A stretch of DNA of 63,916 nt, counting the filler, from Klebsormidium nitens (taxonomy: Eukaryota; Plantae; Klebsormidiophyceae), in assembly GCA_000708835.1 (NCBI GenBank). It is 6 parts of 6 records of this genome, joined end to end, with 100 filler letters (N's around TTAATTAATTAA, not from the genome) between each part and the next. Parts side by side here need not be neighbours in the genome. Positions count along the whole stretch, not along the records: positions 46,795 to 58,634 come from DF238114.1; positions 58,735 to 60,908 come from DF237185.1; 4 more parts are not named here. One strand, written 5' to 3'. Each line of letters begins with the position of its first letter. Within the stretch, counting starts at the first letter, position 1. Under the pieces are notes generated by a model. It did no database searches. It worked only from the letters and a program-made list of their open reading frames with translations, and had not been told where the DNA came from. The position numbers and the translations under genes were made by a program. This document shows, piece after piece, positions 46,870-58,759 of the stretch.

Positions 46870-47260
46870 GCCCGGTAGATAGAAATAGTGCCCGGTACGT
46901 CAACGATTTCGAAAGGGCGCCCCACGGAAGTCGGCCTTGGTCCAACTTTCGCAAGCCGACATTTGGGCACAGGTTAGGCCTTGGGAAAGTTTAGTGCACC
47001 ATTCCTACTTCCGAAATTTCCGCACAGATTTGACCCCGGCAGGGTATTTACGATATTAATTAGTACAGATAAATATAAATAAAATTAATACATTTATTCT
47101 CCCAAGGCCGCATCCGATCAGATTTTTGAAAAGTAGGAACGCAGTGCATAAGAGGTACCCTAGGTGGGCTCAGTGCCCAAAAATCACCTCAAAAAATTTG
47201 GGCCGGGTCTGACTTCCGTGGGGCGCCCTTTTGAATATCCGCATGTACCGGCCACTTTTG
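46870..47260. mobile_element. MITE-like foldback element
   Basis: Exact 20-bp inverted repeat at 46913-46932 / 47211-47230, with looser flanking complementarity and an AT-rich centre. Confidence 0.55.
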
Positions 47261-47599
47261 CCACCGACCGGTTGGCAGGCGGTAGTGAAAATTTGTACCG
47301 GTATGTAGCTATCTGCTACCGATGGGGTACCGGTAGCAAAAATCGGAACTCAATTTGGCCATGATTTGAGTAACTGACAAGATCAAACGTCAAAATGCCG
47401 AAAAGCTGACAGTGCTGACATGACGGCGGGCTGTACTTGGAGCGTACATGTGTACTTTTGGGTCCGTCCGGGTGTACTTTTAGAAAGTACCGGAATGTAC
47501 CAACCTTCCGAAAGGTCCTAGGATCGATTCCCACCATCGACTATCAAAATTCCTTTTTTTCGGCATTTCTTTGCAATTGTTTTAAAGAGTGCCAGGATT

Positions 47600-48278
47600 G
47601 GCCCCACCTGATCCTGCGAACGCCCGACTTCGTTGACACGTGCAGAACAAAGATGTACCGCTCAGAGGCCACGACTTTGAGTACTCTAGGCTACGTTGTT
47701 TCGGACTTGCTGCCATTGCAATCTACTGCAGATGAAATAGGCGCATCTTTCTCAACGAATTGTAGCGGAACCCTTTCTTGCCAGCTGTTGGCGGATCTCA
47801 AGTCGTAACTTCGAAAGCGCATCTTCAGCACCTTCACTTCCGCGGAAGTTTCATGTGGCGAAACCAGTGGCTCGCTAAGCCTGTATATACAGGGTTTTGT
47901 TCACAACGACAGCGCTCTCTGGAATGTCTTTCCAAACCTGGCTTGACTGCGGATCTTCCCGGCTGCTTAAGCCATCAAGCCATAACGGTCCCTCGTACGA
48001 AGGGATGAACATGAAGAACTGTCCCAGGTCTATTCAGAATGCCAAGTGCTGGATAGGATACTCTTTTACTATCCACTACCCGACACGCAAACTTATGCAA
48101 GTCTGCCTGGTGGAAAAGCCCGGCCCTTCTCAGGCTCCCGCTTTCCACGGCTTGCCTCCAAAGCTTGGAGACGCGTCTCAACCGGCCTAGCTCCTCAAAG
48201 TCTAGGTCAAGAGCGGAGATGGAGCAGCTGGCATATCAGCAGGTTCACGTCCTCTGGAAGCTGATCAAAAAGGGCCAT
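47600..48278 (-). pseudogene. Frameshifted F-box paralog of 48556-49431
   Basis: MALFDQLPEDVNLLIC..DLDFEELGRLRRVSKLWRQAVESGSL..HKFACRV..VHPF aligns to the neighbour, with a 1-bp insertion near the start and later breaks. Confidence 0.75.
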
Positions 48279-48555
48279 GGCGGGACTCTGCAAAAGAAGC
48301 GTTTGTTCAAGTTGGCAGTCTAATGATGGCTGCCGAAAATTGGAGATCACCTGCTTTGCAGCGCAACCGGGCGTACCCGCGGCCGCCGGGCGCGTCGCAA
48401 ACCCTGCTGCTCAAAGCTGAGGGTTCAATCGGCTGGTTGGATTTGCGTCACGGCACGCGGCCGCGGAGATCCTGAAGAACGCGATGAAGACTATAGTCTT
48501 GGACCTGCTTTGAGCAAGCACTCCGTTCAAGCGGTCTGCTTCAAGCCGTGTTAAT

Positions 48556-49431
48556 ATGGCCGCCCTGTTTGAGCAGCTTCCAAACGACTCAAACGGTCTT
48601 ATATGCAGCTTCGTTTCTGCTTTCGACCTAGACTTTGAACATCTGCGTAGGCTAAGGTTCGTCTCCAGAACTTGGAGGCAAACCGTGGAAGATGGGAGCC
48701 TGCTGGGAAGGGCGGGAGTCTTTCTCGTGGCAGGATTGCATAAGTTTGTCTGTCGCGTGGGTAAAGGCCTGCCACAAGAATCATGCCCAGGGTTGGGTAT
48801 CCCGAACAAAGATGGGACGGAGCTTTATGTGCATCCCTTCATGGCAGGACACTTTGGCAAGGGTCTGAGCAGTCTGGGAGATGCGCAGTCAAATGAAGGT
48901 TGGATAGACACTGTTCCGGAGAGTCTCGTGATTGTTGGCAAAACCCTGTATGTTCTCAGCAAACCAAAGCTGCAACGAGGTACTCCCCTTCAGAAGGTCA
49001 AGCAACTGCGCATGCGTTCCTTTGAGCTGGGGCACCAAGATGGTTACTGGCGTGAGAGAACTTCGTTGCACTTCAAGGAGGAAGAGGCACCATTATCTCG
49101 TGCAGTTGAGTGCTTTGTTCTTTACGAAACCTACGTTGTAGCCACGACCAGCCTGAAGATGGTGGCATCAAAGCGGTACATCCTCATTCTGCATTTCTCA
49201 TTTGACGAAAAAAACCCAATGAAACATCAGGGCTTTAGGTCCGTGCATGGAAGCCTCTACGACACTCAGAATGATACCTGGCGCGTCTTCTCATTACCAG
49301 AGGATCTCTCCTGCGACTTCAGGTCGGGCCAGCTCCACAAAAACGCTGTAATCGGAAGCTTCGGCAGCGGGCCGCGAGTGGCGAACATGTCTACATTCAG
49401 TCAGACTGCAAGTTGTTCATACATTCTTTGA
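48556..49431 (+). CDS. F-box-like protein
   Basis: MAALFEQLPNDSNGLICSFV..LRRLRFVSRTWRQTV F-box-like N-terminus. 291-aa ORF. Confidence 0.6.
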   Translation: MAALFEQLPNDSNGLICSFVSAFDLDFEHLRRLRFVSRTWRQTVEDGSLLGRAGVFLVAGLHKFVCRVGKGLPQESCPGLGIPNKDGTELYVHPFMAGHFGKGLSSLGDAQSNEGWIDTVPESLVIVGKTLYVLSKPKLQRGTPLQKVKQLRMRSFELGHQDGYWRERTSLHFKEEEAPLSRAVECFVLYETYVVATTSLKMVASKRYILILHFSFDEKNPMKHQGFRSVHGSLYDTQNDTWRVFSLPEDLSCDFRSGQLHKNAVIGSFGSGPRVANMSTFSQTASCSYIL

Positions 49432-49539
49432 GATGCCACGAACTAGAGCGGCATTGGCAGATCAGTACGCTCAAACCCTGCTACCGTCATCGGAAATTTG
49501 TCATCTTGTCACAAGGCCGGATGTATGCCGGAAGGTGCC

Positions 49540-49920
49540 GTCGGCATAGGCGGCGCCCCCGGGGACCCTTATTACCGTCCGGCATCCGTGAGCGTGCCGG
49601 GGGTGCCGGCATAAGCCCGGAAGTCACGCCGGGCGGCTCCCTCAGCGCCGTGAGTGGAGCCGGGCGGCGCCAACGATGGGCCGCTTAGTGCCGGGCGGCA
49701 GATATTCCGAGTTGTAGCCGGCACCACTGCCGGCGCCGAGCTGCAACCCGGGCGGCACAGCACGTGGCGCCGGAGTGGCCGCCCGGGAGTTCAGTTTGTC
49801 CGGCGCCGGGGTGCGCAGCCCGGGCAGCTTTGCCGGCATTGGCCGGTCAGTGCCGGCACCGGCTCGGCATCTACCGGGCCGAGCAATCATGCCGTCCGGT
49901 CACCTTCCGGCGCCGGGATA
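49540..49920. repeat. GC-rich array of GCCGGC/CCGGCG-type short motifs
   Basis: Many gtgccggc, gccgggcggc and ccggcgcc units. Confidence 0.6.
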
Positions 49921-51663
49921 AAAGAACGTCGATAAATCATTCCAGATTCCATTTTATGGTATCAAAAGATACCTACCTTTCCAATTTGTACGGTACCGGA
50001 ATCGCCGGCTGCCGTAGCTGGGATGTACCGTTGAGTACAAAAGTACATACCGTACAAGTTTGCGCGCGACTTCCAACTCACCTTCACGGAAGTCCTAAAT
50101 CGGAAGCTAAGCGCCACGCGGTCTCACTGGCCTCAACCCGCAACATGTTAGAAGTTCATCAAGTGTTTACTTTCAGATTGATATCTTACATTTCAACACA
50201 AATGCAACAAACAGTAGACAAGAAGAGCGGAGTTGAGCAGCATTCCGACCGAATTTTAGGTCTATACATATGCTGAAGATCATTCAAGAATTCAAAGCTG
50301 AATCGTATATGCCTAAGATAACAAACCACTTTGAAAAGTCTGCCTTTCAAAGACGATATTAAGAGTTTCTTCAGAATGCATAGCTCAGCGATAGCGCCAA
50401 TACTGCAAATAAGTAGAGTGGTATACCTGTGGTATAGTGAGAGTCGAACTCAAGCATTCTAAGTGGATCTACTTCGTTGATTATTATAATTGGTGATATT
50501 AGATTGAAAGCTCACATGCGGCCCATCATTGGCGGCTCAATGGAGGCCGCTTCCGACCGCTCACCTGCAGTAACTTGAACCCGTCTTACCCTGGCGGTGA
50601 TCCCGCGGTGATAATGTGATGGATACTTCTCTTAAAGCCCGTGCGTATCAAAGGCATGGGGCGGTGTGCGGGTACAAGGGCATGGCGTAGTCCAAGTTCG
50701 AAACTTCTGACATCCGTAAACCCTAGCAACGTCGGCTGCATTTGCACTACGGTAATCTATCNNNNNNNNNNNNNNNNNNNNGTTTCGCTAACCCGCAGGT
50801 CAACAAAATCCTGTCGAGAACGAGGTTAGGCTTAACCAGTCGTAATCGTTACAACGCAGCAGTCAAGGGAGAGGACCGCCATGAGAGAAAGAGCCCAGGA
50901 TAGATTCGACAGGCTCGTGGAAAAGCGCTGGTTGGCCAGAATTGACGAGTTGGAGAAGGATGGGAGGACTCTACTGGTGCGGAGGTTGACCTGCTGAAGA
51001 TGGCGTCGTGCAAGGGCTTCTTGACAGATGGGGAGATCAACATCCTTTTCGGACATCAGGCAGGTAACCAACAACATGTCTATCGAGTTGTACTCGGTTG
51101 GGTGTCCAAATAAGTACGGGTTTTGCGTGAAGACCAACTATTCATTATAAGACAGAATCCTAAATCTGCCCTCTACCCTCTAATGCAGCTGACGCAGATG
51201 ATGTTTCTCACGGGAAACGCCGCCACCCTCCTTCTACCAGCCCCAATTTTGGAACAGCAACAACTTCGGATCACGGTAAGAGGCATCAGCAAGTGCTTTA
51301 GCTACAAATCATCCTATTATATTGTGGAAGAAATATCTTGAACATAGAAAAATGTCAGCTCGTATTGCGGGATTATTTTGTTCCTTCTGTAAAACGTTTC
51401 ATGGAGGCATCCTTCACCAGTCCATTTTGTGTTCATTCTGGAGGTCAGTGGGGGTTCTCGATCATAGTTTTGGAGATTTGACTGGAAAAGTCAAGCTTTT
51501 TCTTTCCTGAAATCCATTTCAATTGCTCGCAGAACACTGATCTCATCTAAATAAAGCTTTCCATAACTCATAGCGTCTCTTCCTGCAACAGGAGCTAGTA
51601 AGGGAAGCCACACCAGGGGAAGGGCATGAATCGGACAACAGCAGTGGTTTTCACACCAGCCAT

Positions 51664-52029
51664 ATGTATTTCCGAGAGTTTGAGAAGACGGATCTGATGG
51701 AGCAGCTGGATGCAGGTGGAGAGGAGAGTGTAGAGGGAGAGGCAGGGAACGAAGTGGGGCAAGCGATTGTTCTGGCGATGTCGGGCCCAAAATCTGAACA
51801 GAAACAGGGCACTGTGGATCTGCTTGCGTGGAAGGATAGTTACAGGGCTATTTCACGAAAAGGAGTCATCGAGTGTGCTGTTTGCGAGTCTGGAAAGTTC
51901 AAGAACGGGTCGGGGGTAACGAAGCACAATGCCAGCAAGCGACACCTACTCAATGTCCGACTTAGGTTGTACGAGAAGTTCCCACATCTAGCATATGACA
52001 TCAATAAGATCACTGGAAGGTACGGTTGA
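51664..52029 (+). CDS. Hypothetical protein or exon with a C2H2 (U1/matrin-like) zinc finger
   Basis: CAVCESGKFKNGSGVTKHNASKRH, i.e. C-x2-C...H-x5-H. Confidence 0.45.
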   Translation: MYFREFEKTDLMEQLDAGGEESVEGEAGNEVGQAIVLAMSGPKSEQKQGTVDLLAWKDSYRAISRKGVIECAVCESGKFKNGSGVTKHNASKRHLLNVRLRLYEKFPHLAYDINKITGRYG

Positions 52030-53026
52030 AGATGTAGGGACTGAGTCCATGTACATATTATTACCTATATTATTAATCGCACTTTGTGTCGACTCTTCAA
52101 TCTAGCGTTCCGTATCGCTGCATGCGTTGGTTCTTTGGCTGTCATGCATGCAGTAATCAAGGATCGAGTAGATCTTTGAAAGAAAACCACATTTGACAAA
52201 AAAAATCAGACTATGCAAACTTTTTGTGATCCGATGCCTCCTTTTGACATGTTGAAAGTCGTGTCTGTTGGTAATCATACTACTGATTATACTGCCAGTT
52301 GAGCCCGCCGAAAGTCTGGACGCTTACACAGCCTAGATGTCGGTCTACTTCGATATCCTCGTCAACTGTCTCGAAAATATCGACATCCGTTCGTTCATTA
52401 TGGACCACACAACCATTCCAGGGCCAAGTTCGGAGAAGCCCCGTGAACCGTCAGATTTAAAATATCGGCTCAACTTCGATCCTGAGCCGTCCGTACCCTC
52501 TTATATTGCTCTTTATCGAAAACAGCTGGGTTCACCCGCGAGTTTGGCAGAACCCAGCCAGGATCGAGGAAGAAGACGACCATTCAGACTTGGAAAGGAG
52601 GAGGACCTCAGGGCGCCATTTCAAATTTCAAAATGCGCTGCTGGTCGTTAACAAGGAAGATATCGATACTAAGGTCCTGGCACATCAAGAGCATCCCTGT
52701 TCATCAGCGCGCTGCCGAGTTGGCAAGGCTTCCCGCCCAGTGCCACATGAGCATGGGATAAGATTTGAATCAAGGTCGCAGGTGCCTGGGCTGGTGGTTG
52801 TCCACGTGAAGGTGTCACATCTGAATGTGCACCTCCCACCAAGATTTTTTGCTGATGGTCAGACTTGGTCAGCCCCTTCTTGATCCTCTTCAGCAGACTT
52901 TGACCGCTGGGTTTCGTCAGATTTGACTCCAGGCAGGAGGAGTGGAGTGCTTCCTTTCAGCCCTTGCAAGGGATTTTGCTTCCTTCTGAGATTCCATCAG
53001 CCAGACTGCTTTCTCAAAGTGTTGAA

Positions 53027-54031
53027 ATGGCGGGAGGCGAACGTGAGGGGCACAAGAAGCGCGTGGAGCCCAGGTTTGCTGATAAGAAGCGGCCCAGATC
53101 AGAAAGTGCACTTGAGTTGAGGGCGGCGCGCCTTCAAATCCCGCCAAGCTTTGTAGGAACAGAAGACATGGTATTCTGTCCTTTTCATGGAAAGCGTCTG
53201 CTGGGGGACGAACTCAAGTGCTCCACTTGCCGAAGAGGGTATGTGGACAGACGGGTCGTACATACGCCTGGCAATATGATTGCTGTCGATTACACCCAGT
53301 GGATTGTTTGGTGGAGGCGGGTGCTTTTCAATAGGATGAGACCCCCCTTTCACAGCAATGTCCTTTATAGGTCTGAGCCGCATGTGGACATTCAGGTCAT
53401 TTGGAAAGCTTGCTGCCAAGATAAGTCTGGACCTTCCTGGGACACTCGGTCAGGGGAGAAAAACATCAAAGAGCTGCAGACCACTTGGGCTGTCGAGGAT
53501 TTCTTTCGGTTTGGAAGTTTTGAAGCGGGCTACTTGAGCTGCAAGTTGACGTCTTCAAAGGAGCTTTTGATTATTGTCCCTCCGGTAGAGATCACTCATG
53601 TAAATAGCAAGCTTACAGGTCAAAGGTGTGAAATCATCTATGGCTGGTGCCAGCTGAACTCGTCGGGAGCATTCAGAAAGGCAGAAGGGATGCCGCAACC
53701 TGCTGAAGGATGGGCGCATGTAGAAGCAAGGGCAAGGGACGCTGCAGCTGGCATGCTGTTCTGCAAGTACCCTATCTCAGAAGAGTTGGTGGCCAAGTCA
53801 GAGGCAATCTTGCGAGCGAAGTATGATTCTGAGGAAGCGTTCATAAGAGCTCGTGAGGCGCGCCAGGATGCACGCAGGAACATCGTGCCGGAGAAGGAGG
53901 ACCAGTCTCAGGCAGCGCAAGATGCAAGGGTGAGAAGGGAGGAGAAAGCCATGCAAACAGCAATCCGCTACTACGAGTACCAGAAGAATCCTTACGAGAC
54001 GTACAAGTTCAAACCACGACCCGGTGAGTAA
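53027..54031 (+). CDS. Hypothetical Cys-containing protein convergent with the transposase
   Basis: Long ORF (52964-54031; first ATG at 53027) with CPFH..CSTC and a charged helical C-terminus. Possible donor g|gtgagt at ~54025. Confidence 0.55.
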   Translation: MAGGEREGHKKRVEPRFADKKRPRSESALELRAARLQIPPSFVGTEDMVFCPFHGKRLLGDELKCSTCRRGYVDRRVVHTPGNMIAVDYTQWIVWWRRVLFNRMRPPFHSNVLYRSEPHVDIQVIWKACCQDKSGPSWDTRSGEKNIKELQTTWAVEDFFRFGSFEAGYLSCKLTSSKELLIIVPPVEITHVNSKLTGQRCEIIYGWCQLNSSGAFRKAEGMPQPAEGWAHVEARARDAAAGMLFCKYPISEELVAKSEAILRAKYDSEEAFIRAREARQDARRNIVPEKEDQSQAAQDARVRREEKAMQTAIRYYEYQKNPYETYKFKPRPGE

Positions 54032-54491
54032 GGTCTTGCTTTCTGTCAGTGTTTGTGCTTCTGTGTTTTGTTCAAATTTTGTTCAAATTGTTCCAGTACA
54101 TGTTGGGGCTTTGTCATCTTCAGAGTGTTCCATAAGCCTGCACCATGCATCTTGTGTTCCAATGAAGGTTCGGGCGCCTCCGATTTGCTGGAAGTCTGGT
54201 TGCTGGTATTGCTTGGTTGTGTGACAAACATGCTTGAAGATTGTTCAGAATCAGCAATCCATGCAGTTTTCTAAACAGCATGTAAAGGAACCAATTAGCC
54301 GCCTCGTCATTTGAAGCGAGGCGAGGTGGCTTTTGGTACACTCTACTGCTGCTTAGAAAATGTTAAGTGGCTAATGAATTCATGTGTTGACAATTGGTCG
54401 AGCATTTTCAATTCCAAGCCGGACAAACTTACAATAACAAGTGTCTCTTGTTAGCGACTGTAATTTCTGCAGCTATGACAACACTTTCCAA

Positions 54492-57400
54492 CTAATTCCT
54501 TCTTCTTGCTGATGCAGGGATGACCCTTCCACTCGCAGTCAACCCCCCGGCTCCTCTGCCCCTGCCCCCGCCCCTGCCCCCCCTGCCAGGAGCGCCTCTG
54601 CCTCTGCCTCTGCCTCCCCCCGCGCCTGCTGCTCCGCCCCTGCCTGCGCCGTCTCCTGCCAGCGCTGGCCCATCTGCAGCGCTCCCTGTCGCTGCGGCGC
54701 CCCTCTCCACCTCGGCGCCCATGTCCCCCAGGCCTCCTGCTGCGGCGGCCCCCATACCACCATCTGCAGCTCTGCCTCCGCGCGCACCGCTCTCGCCTGC
54801 CACCATTGCCTCGGCGCTCCGAGGTACTTGGCTGTCTGCCCACTCCCTTGCATCTATCCTGTTGGCTTCTGCTGTCTGCCTTCTGATTTCCACAAAGCGT
54901 GCTACAATAGAGCCCAAATTGGGCTCAAGTGCGCTGATTTTTTTGTCCAGCTGGGCTTTGCTCCGACTATCAGGTAGCTGTCCTCGCCTGACTGCTCTGT
55001 CGACTCTGTCCTTGGCTGCCTTCTTTGCGAGTTCGTAACCCCCAAGATGCCGCTTCTCGTTGCGAGTCAGAGGTGTGGGCACCGTCCTTTTCAGCGCGCC
55101 CCTCTCCCTCTCCTTTGCCAGAATCTGTGCCTGCCTGCCCTTGTCCATCGTCTCGCTCCGCAGTTGGTTGTTGGTGAACAACTTTGCATCCGTTTTCCCC
55201 TGCTTCAGGAGGGCCTCCAACCACTGCTGGCTCACGTCGCTGATGTTGAGCGGGACGTGCTTGATCATCTCCGGAAAGTGGCACATGCCGTGGTGCATGT
55301 ACAAGGTAACGAGATCCATCCCCACTGCGCTAACAAATGAATCGACGTAGGCCACAGCCATGTCCTGCGCTCTTTCCCCTTTTTGCTCTCGCTGCTCTAC
55401 AACCAGGGGATTGGGGAGGGGGGTGCGGATGTAGTCGTACAGTGCCGCCAGGTTTGCCCACACCAGCATGTTTGCTGCCCGCTTCTCCTCGTCGTCAATG
55501 GCGATTGTACAGAAGGCAGTGTAAACCCTTGGATCCAGCGTCACCTCAGCTTCCCTGCAGTTTGGCATTGAAAGTTTTGTTCAAAATTTGATGGTTGGCT
55601 AATCCAGAACCCTCCTTACACTTGCAGGCTGCTCCAGAGGCTGCTCCAGAGCAGACGACATTGATGGTAGAAGGACGGCGCAGGAGATTTTGAGCCTGTC
55701 AGATCTGGAGATACAATCTGGTGAGATGATATCTGCTACATTTGATGGCGCTGACAGCCAAAGTGCGCACAGCCTCTACTGCAAAATTCATATCAGCACC
55801 TGCACCTTGGCAAGGAGAGCTTGTTTGTAAAGCATGGGAAGGGATCCAGGAGCTAGGAGCGTAGAAAGGACTTTCATGTCTACATGTACTCAGCATTCGA
55901 GGACTTCGTCCTGGTGGTAAATCAATCTGGAGGCACAGGTTGGGCCTGGCACCAGATTGTCACCCTTTTGCGCTGAGTATGTGTCACAGCCATGACTGTT
56001 TGTGGAACTGTTTGCACATCAGAATGTGCAGAGATTTTGCAGATTGGCTGTAATGACCTGCTGAAATCTGAATAGAATGCTATCTCAGAAAAAATGGTTT
56101 AAAATGCTCACCTTCCAATGAAGTTGATAGGCTCAGTATCCTTGGCACTCGCCACCGTCTTCGTCCGAATGACCACCTCCTTGCACCCAAGCTTCAGGTC
56201 CCTGATGACCTCGTTGATGGCTGCCACCTTCTCCTTCAATTCCAGGTTGACCTCCACCGTCCGCTGGAACGTGATGGCGGCGCACCGGAGGAGCTTGTGG
56301 AGGATGCAGAGGTACCACTCCTCCATGGGGAATTTGAAGAGAGGGGGTTTGCCGAACCGCACGCCGTGGTGAGTGGTTTGGTAGACGAGTTCCTGGTTTT
56401 TGTTCTGGGGGGCGGGAAGGGCATCGACTGTTTCTTGGTCTGGGAAAGCTACCCCGCAGTATGGGCAGGATTCCTCCGGTCCAGTTTTCAAAGGCCTGTG
56501 GGCCCCCGCAGCGAGTCTCTCAATCGTGCGCTTCTCTGCTTTCACGGGGACCCGCCTGCCGGTCTCATCAGTGATCACCTTCCCAAAGTCTTGTTGCATG
56601 CACTCGCACAGGAAGCACCCCCAGGTGTGGGAATGCCCCCTGTGGCCCGCAACCTCTGACATCCAGACATTGTCTCCCCCCACACTTTGCGTCACTGTGT
56701 AGTGCGTTCCTTCCACTGTCAGACCCTCCTCCTTCAGCTGCTCCATGACTGGAAGGATTGGAGCTAGAAACTCGGCATTCTGGTCGTAGTCGTCCTTGCC
56801 TTCAAACTGCACTACGGTGCGCGCTTGCTGAGGGGCCTGAAGAATAACCTTTTCCAGGGTCAGAATCCTGAACCCTATCTTGGAAACTTTTACCTTTCGG
56901 TAATATTGAGCAGCGTCTCCCCCCCAGTGGATCCTCAAGAAGTCCTCCAAAAGGTCCCTCCTTTCTTGCAGGAACCCTATCGCCCGCTCATCCACGACTG
57001 CCTCAATCAGCAGTTTGCTGAGATCCAGCCACGCTGCGCTGCCATCCTCGTTCTGCATCAAGGGATTCATGGCGGCGATCTCCTTCCTCAGCGCGTCCAC
57101 CCTCTTGCACGAGGGCAGCAGCGGTATGAACAGCCCACTTCCCTTGCCACAAAGCTCTTTCCTGTCCCAGTGCTTTGTTGCCTCGTTGTAATCCTTTCCC
57201 AGGAGGTGAATCATGTCCTGCCACTTGTGACCGTGCCCAATTTTGCAGTGGATCTGCATTTTGAGCGCGCGGTCTTCAGTCCAATGATCTCTGATTTCAT
57301 CCAACACATCACTTTGAGCTGGGAGAAGCCAGTCTGGATTCAGTTTGCAGAGCTCGTCAAACTCTGGCTGTGTTATGTTGGCGTTGAGCACTAGGTTGAA

Positions 57401-57937
57401 ATCTGCTGGGTTGCGCCGAAAGTGCTCATACAGGGCTTGCTGCCTCGCTCCCACTGAAGCAAATCTCTTTGTCAAGAATTGCCGCACTTGAGCTGCCAGC
57501 TTGGTTTTGACCCCAGCCGAGGGGCCACCCCTAATCTGCCTAATTTGAGTTGCTCGTGGAGGTTGACTGGCTAGACCTTGAGCAAGGAGCAGATTTTTTC
57601 TCTTGAGGCTTCTGACTGTTCTTGCTAGAGCCGCTTCCTTGTCTTCCTTCTCTTGCAATGCACTGACCAGCTTAGTGTTCTCCTCAAGGACTTTGCTTGA
57701 TGCCTCCTCCGCCTGAGCATTGTGATTAGCTAGCTTTTCTTCCAGTCTTTTGTTCGTCGCCCTTAACCTTTCATTGACTGTGCGGTGTGCAGTTGTTGAA
57801 GGCCCAATCTTTGCCCAACGCCCACCCTGACGAGGTTGCGCTAGCGTCAGAGCCGGGGCATCAGCTTCCGTGTCGCATAGAGAGCTCCTGGCTCGCTTGG
57901 TCCCCCAGCCCCAAGCGCCTGACAGACGGGCTGCCAT
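54492..57937 (-). CDS. RAG1/Transib-like DDE transposase, two exons (57937-56112, 55554-54492), ~962 aa
   Basis: WGGDAA (D1, ~56916), VGGDNV (D2, ~56673), CFLC, LCILHKLLR, YMHHGMCHFPEMI (cf. RAG1 YFHKTLAHVPEII), SQQWLEA (E, ~55216). A phase-2 GT-AG intron at 55555-56111 joins the two ORFs in frame. Confidence 0.8.
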
Positions 57938-58759
57938 TAGGATGCTCCACCACCTCCTGATGAGACTGTCATTGTAGACTGTAGTGTTATTACAAGTTTG
58001 CTAGCTAGGCTCGAACACTGCAGGGCTAATCATTTGAGTTGGCAGTCTGAGTTGGTTGGATAAGAATTTTGTGGCCAAGGCGAATTCTGTATTTCATTTA
58101 TTATGTATGTGTTGCTTGCAATAAGTATCTCCTCGGTGTCTCTGATCAAAAGCGAGAGTTCCTGCTACGATCAATGCGAAGACCCAATTCTGCATTATTT
58201 GTGCTATGTTGCATTAAGCTGAATGCTCACCGCACCTTGCTAAGTAGTGCTCTGTATGATGTATTGGTCTCCGTATACATACCGTTCAATGGAGAAATCT
58301 GTTTTTATATGCGAGATTGCAACCATCTAGTAGGATTGCATCCTGCTGTAAGTTTGCACTTGCAAGCTTGAATGCGTCGAGTTGCATAGCAAACTTTCAG
58401 GTGTTCATTTTCCGTAAACGTTCCATGCGGCTCCTCATTTAGCCAGTGGATCAGTGGCTGATTCAGTGTTTTAGAATCCGACTTGCAAAACGCCCGATTC
58501 TAAAGTTCGATACCGTCCAAGTTTTATTGTCGAAATGTCCGCAGAAAATGTTCGACGATAAATAATTACGGACTTTCGTATCGGCGGCCGCGCGTGTATA
58601 GCCTATGAATTAAAAATCGACTCGCCGAGCGTCCNNNNNNNNNNNNNNNNNNNNNNNNNNNNNNNNNNNNNNNNNNNNTTAATTAATTAANNNNNNNNNN
58701 NNNNNNNNNNNNNNNNNNNNNNNNNNNNNNNNNNAGCTGAGGAACGCTACCTCGTTGAG

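Noticed and set aside
52964-54031. RAG2-like assignment for the convergent ORF
   Set aside because: No kelch repeats or C-terminal PHD pattern are visible; only the orientation is similar.
54520-55038. Pro/Ala-rich plus-strand ORF
   Set aside because: Antisense of the Gly/Arg-rich transposase tail.
50782-58634. RSS-like heptamers or TIRs for the RAG1-like element
   Set aside because: CAC(A/T)(A/G)TG-like hits (e.g. ~51809, ~51923, ~56692) lie inside ORFs, and I found no matching inverted pair.
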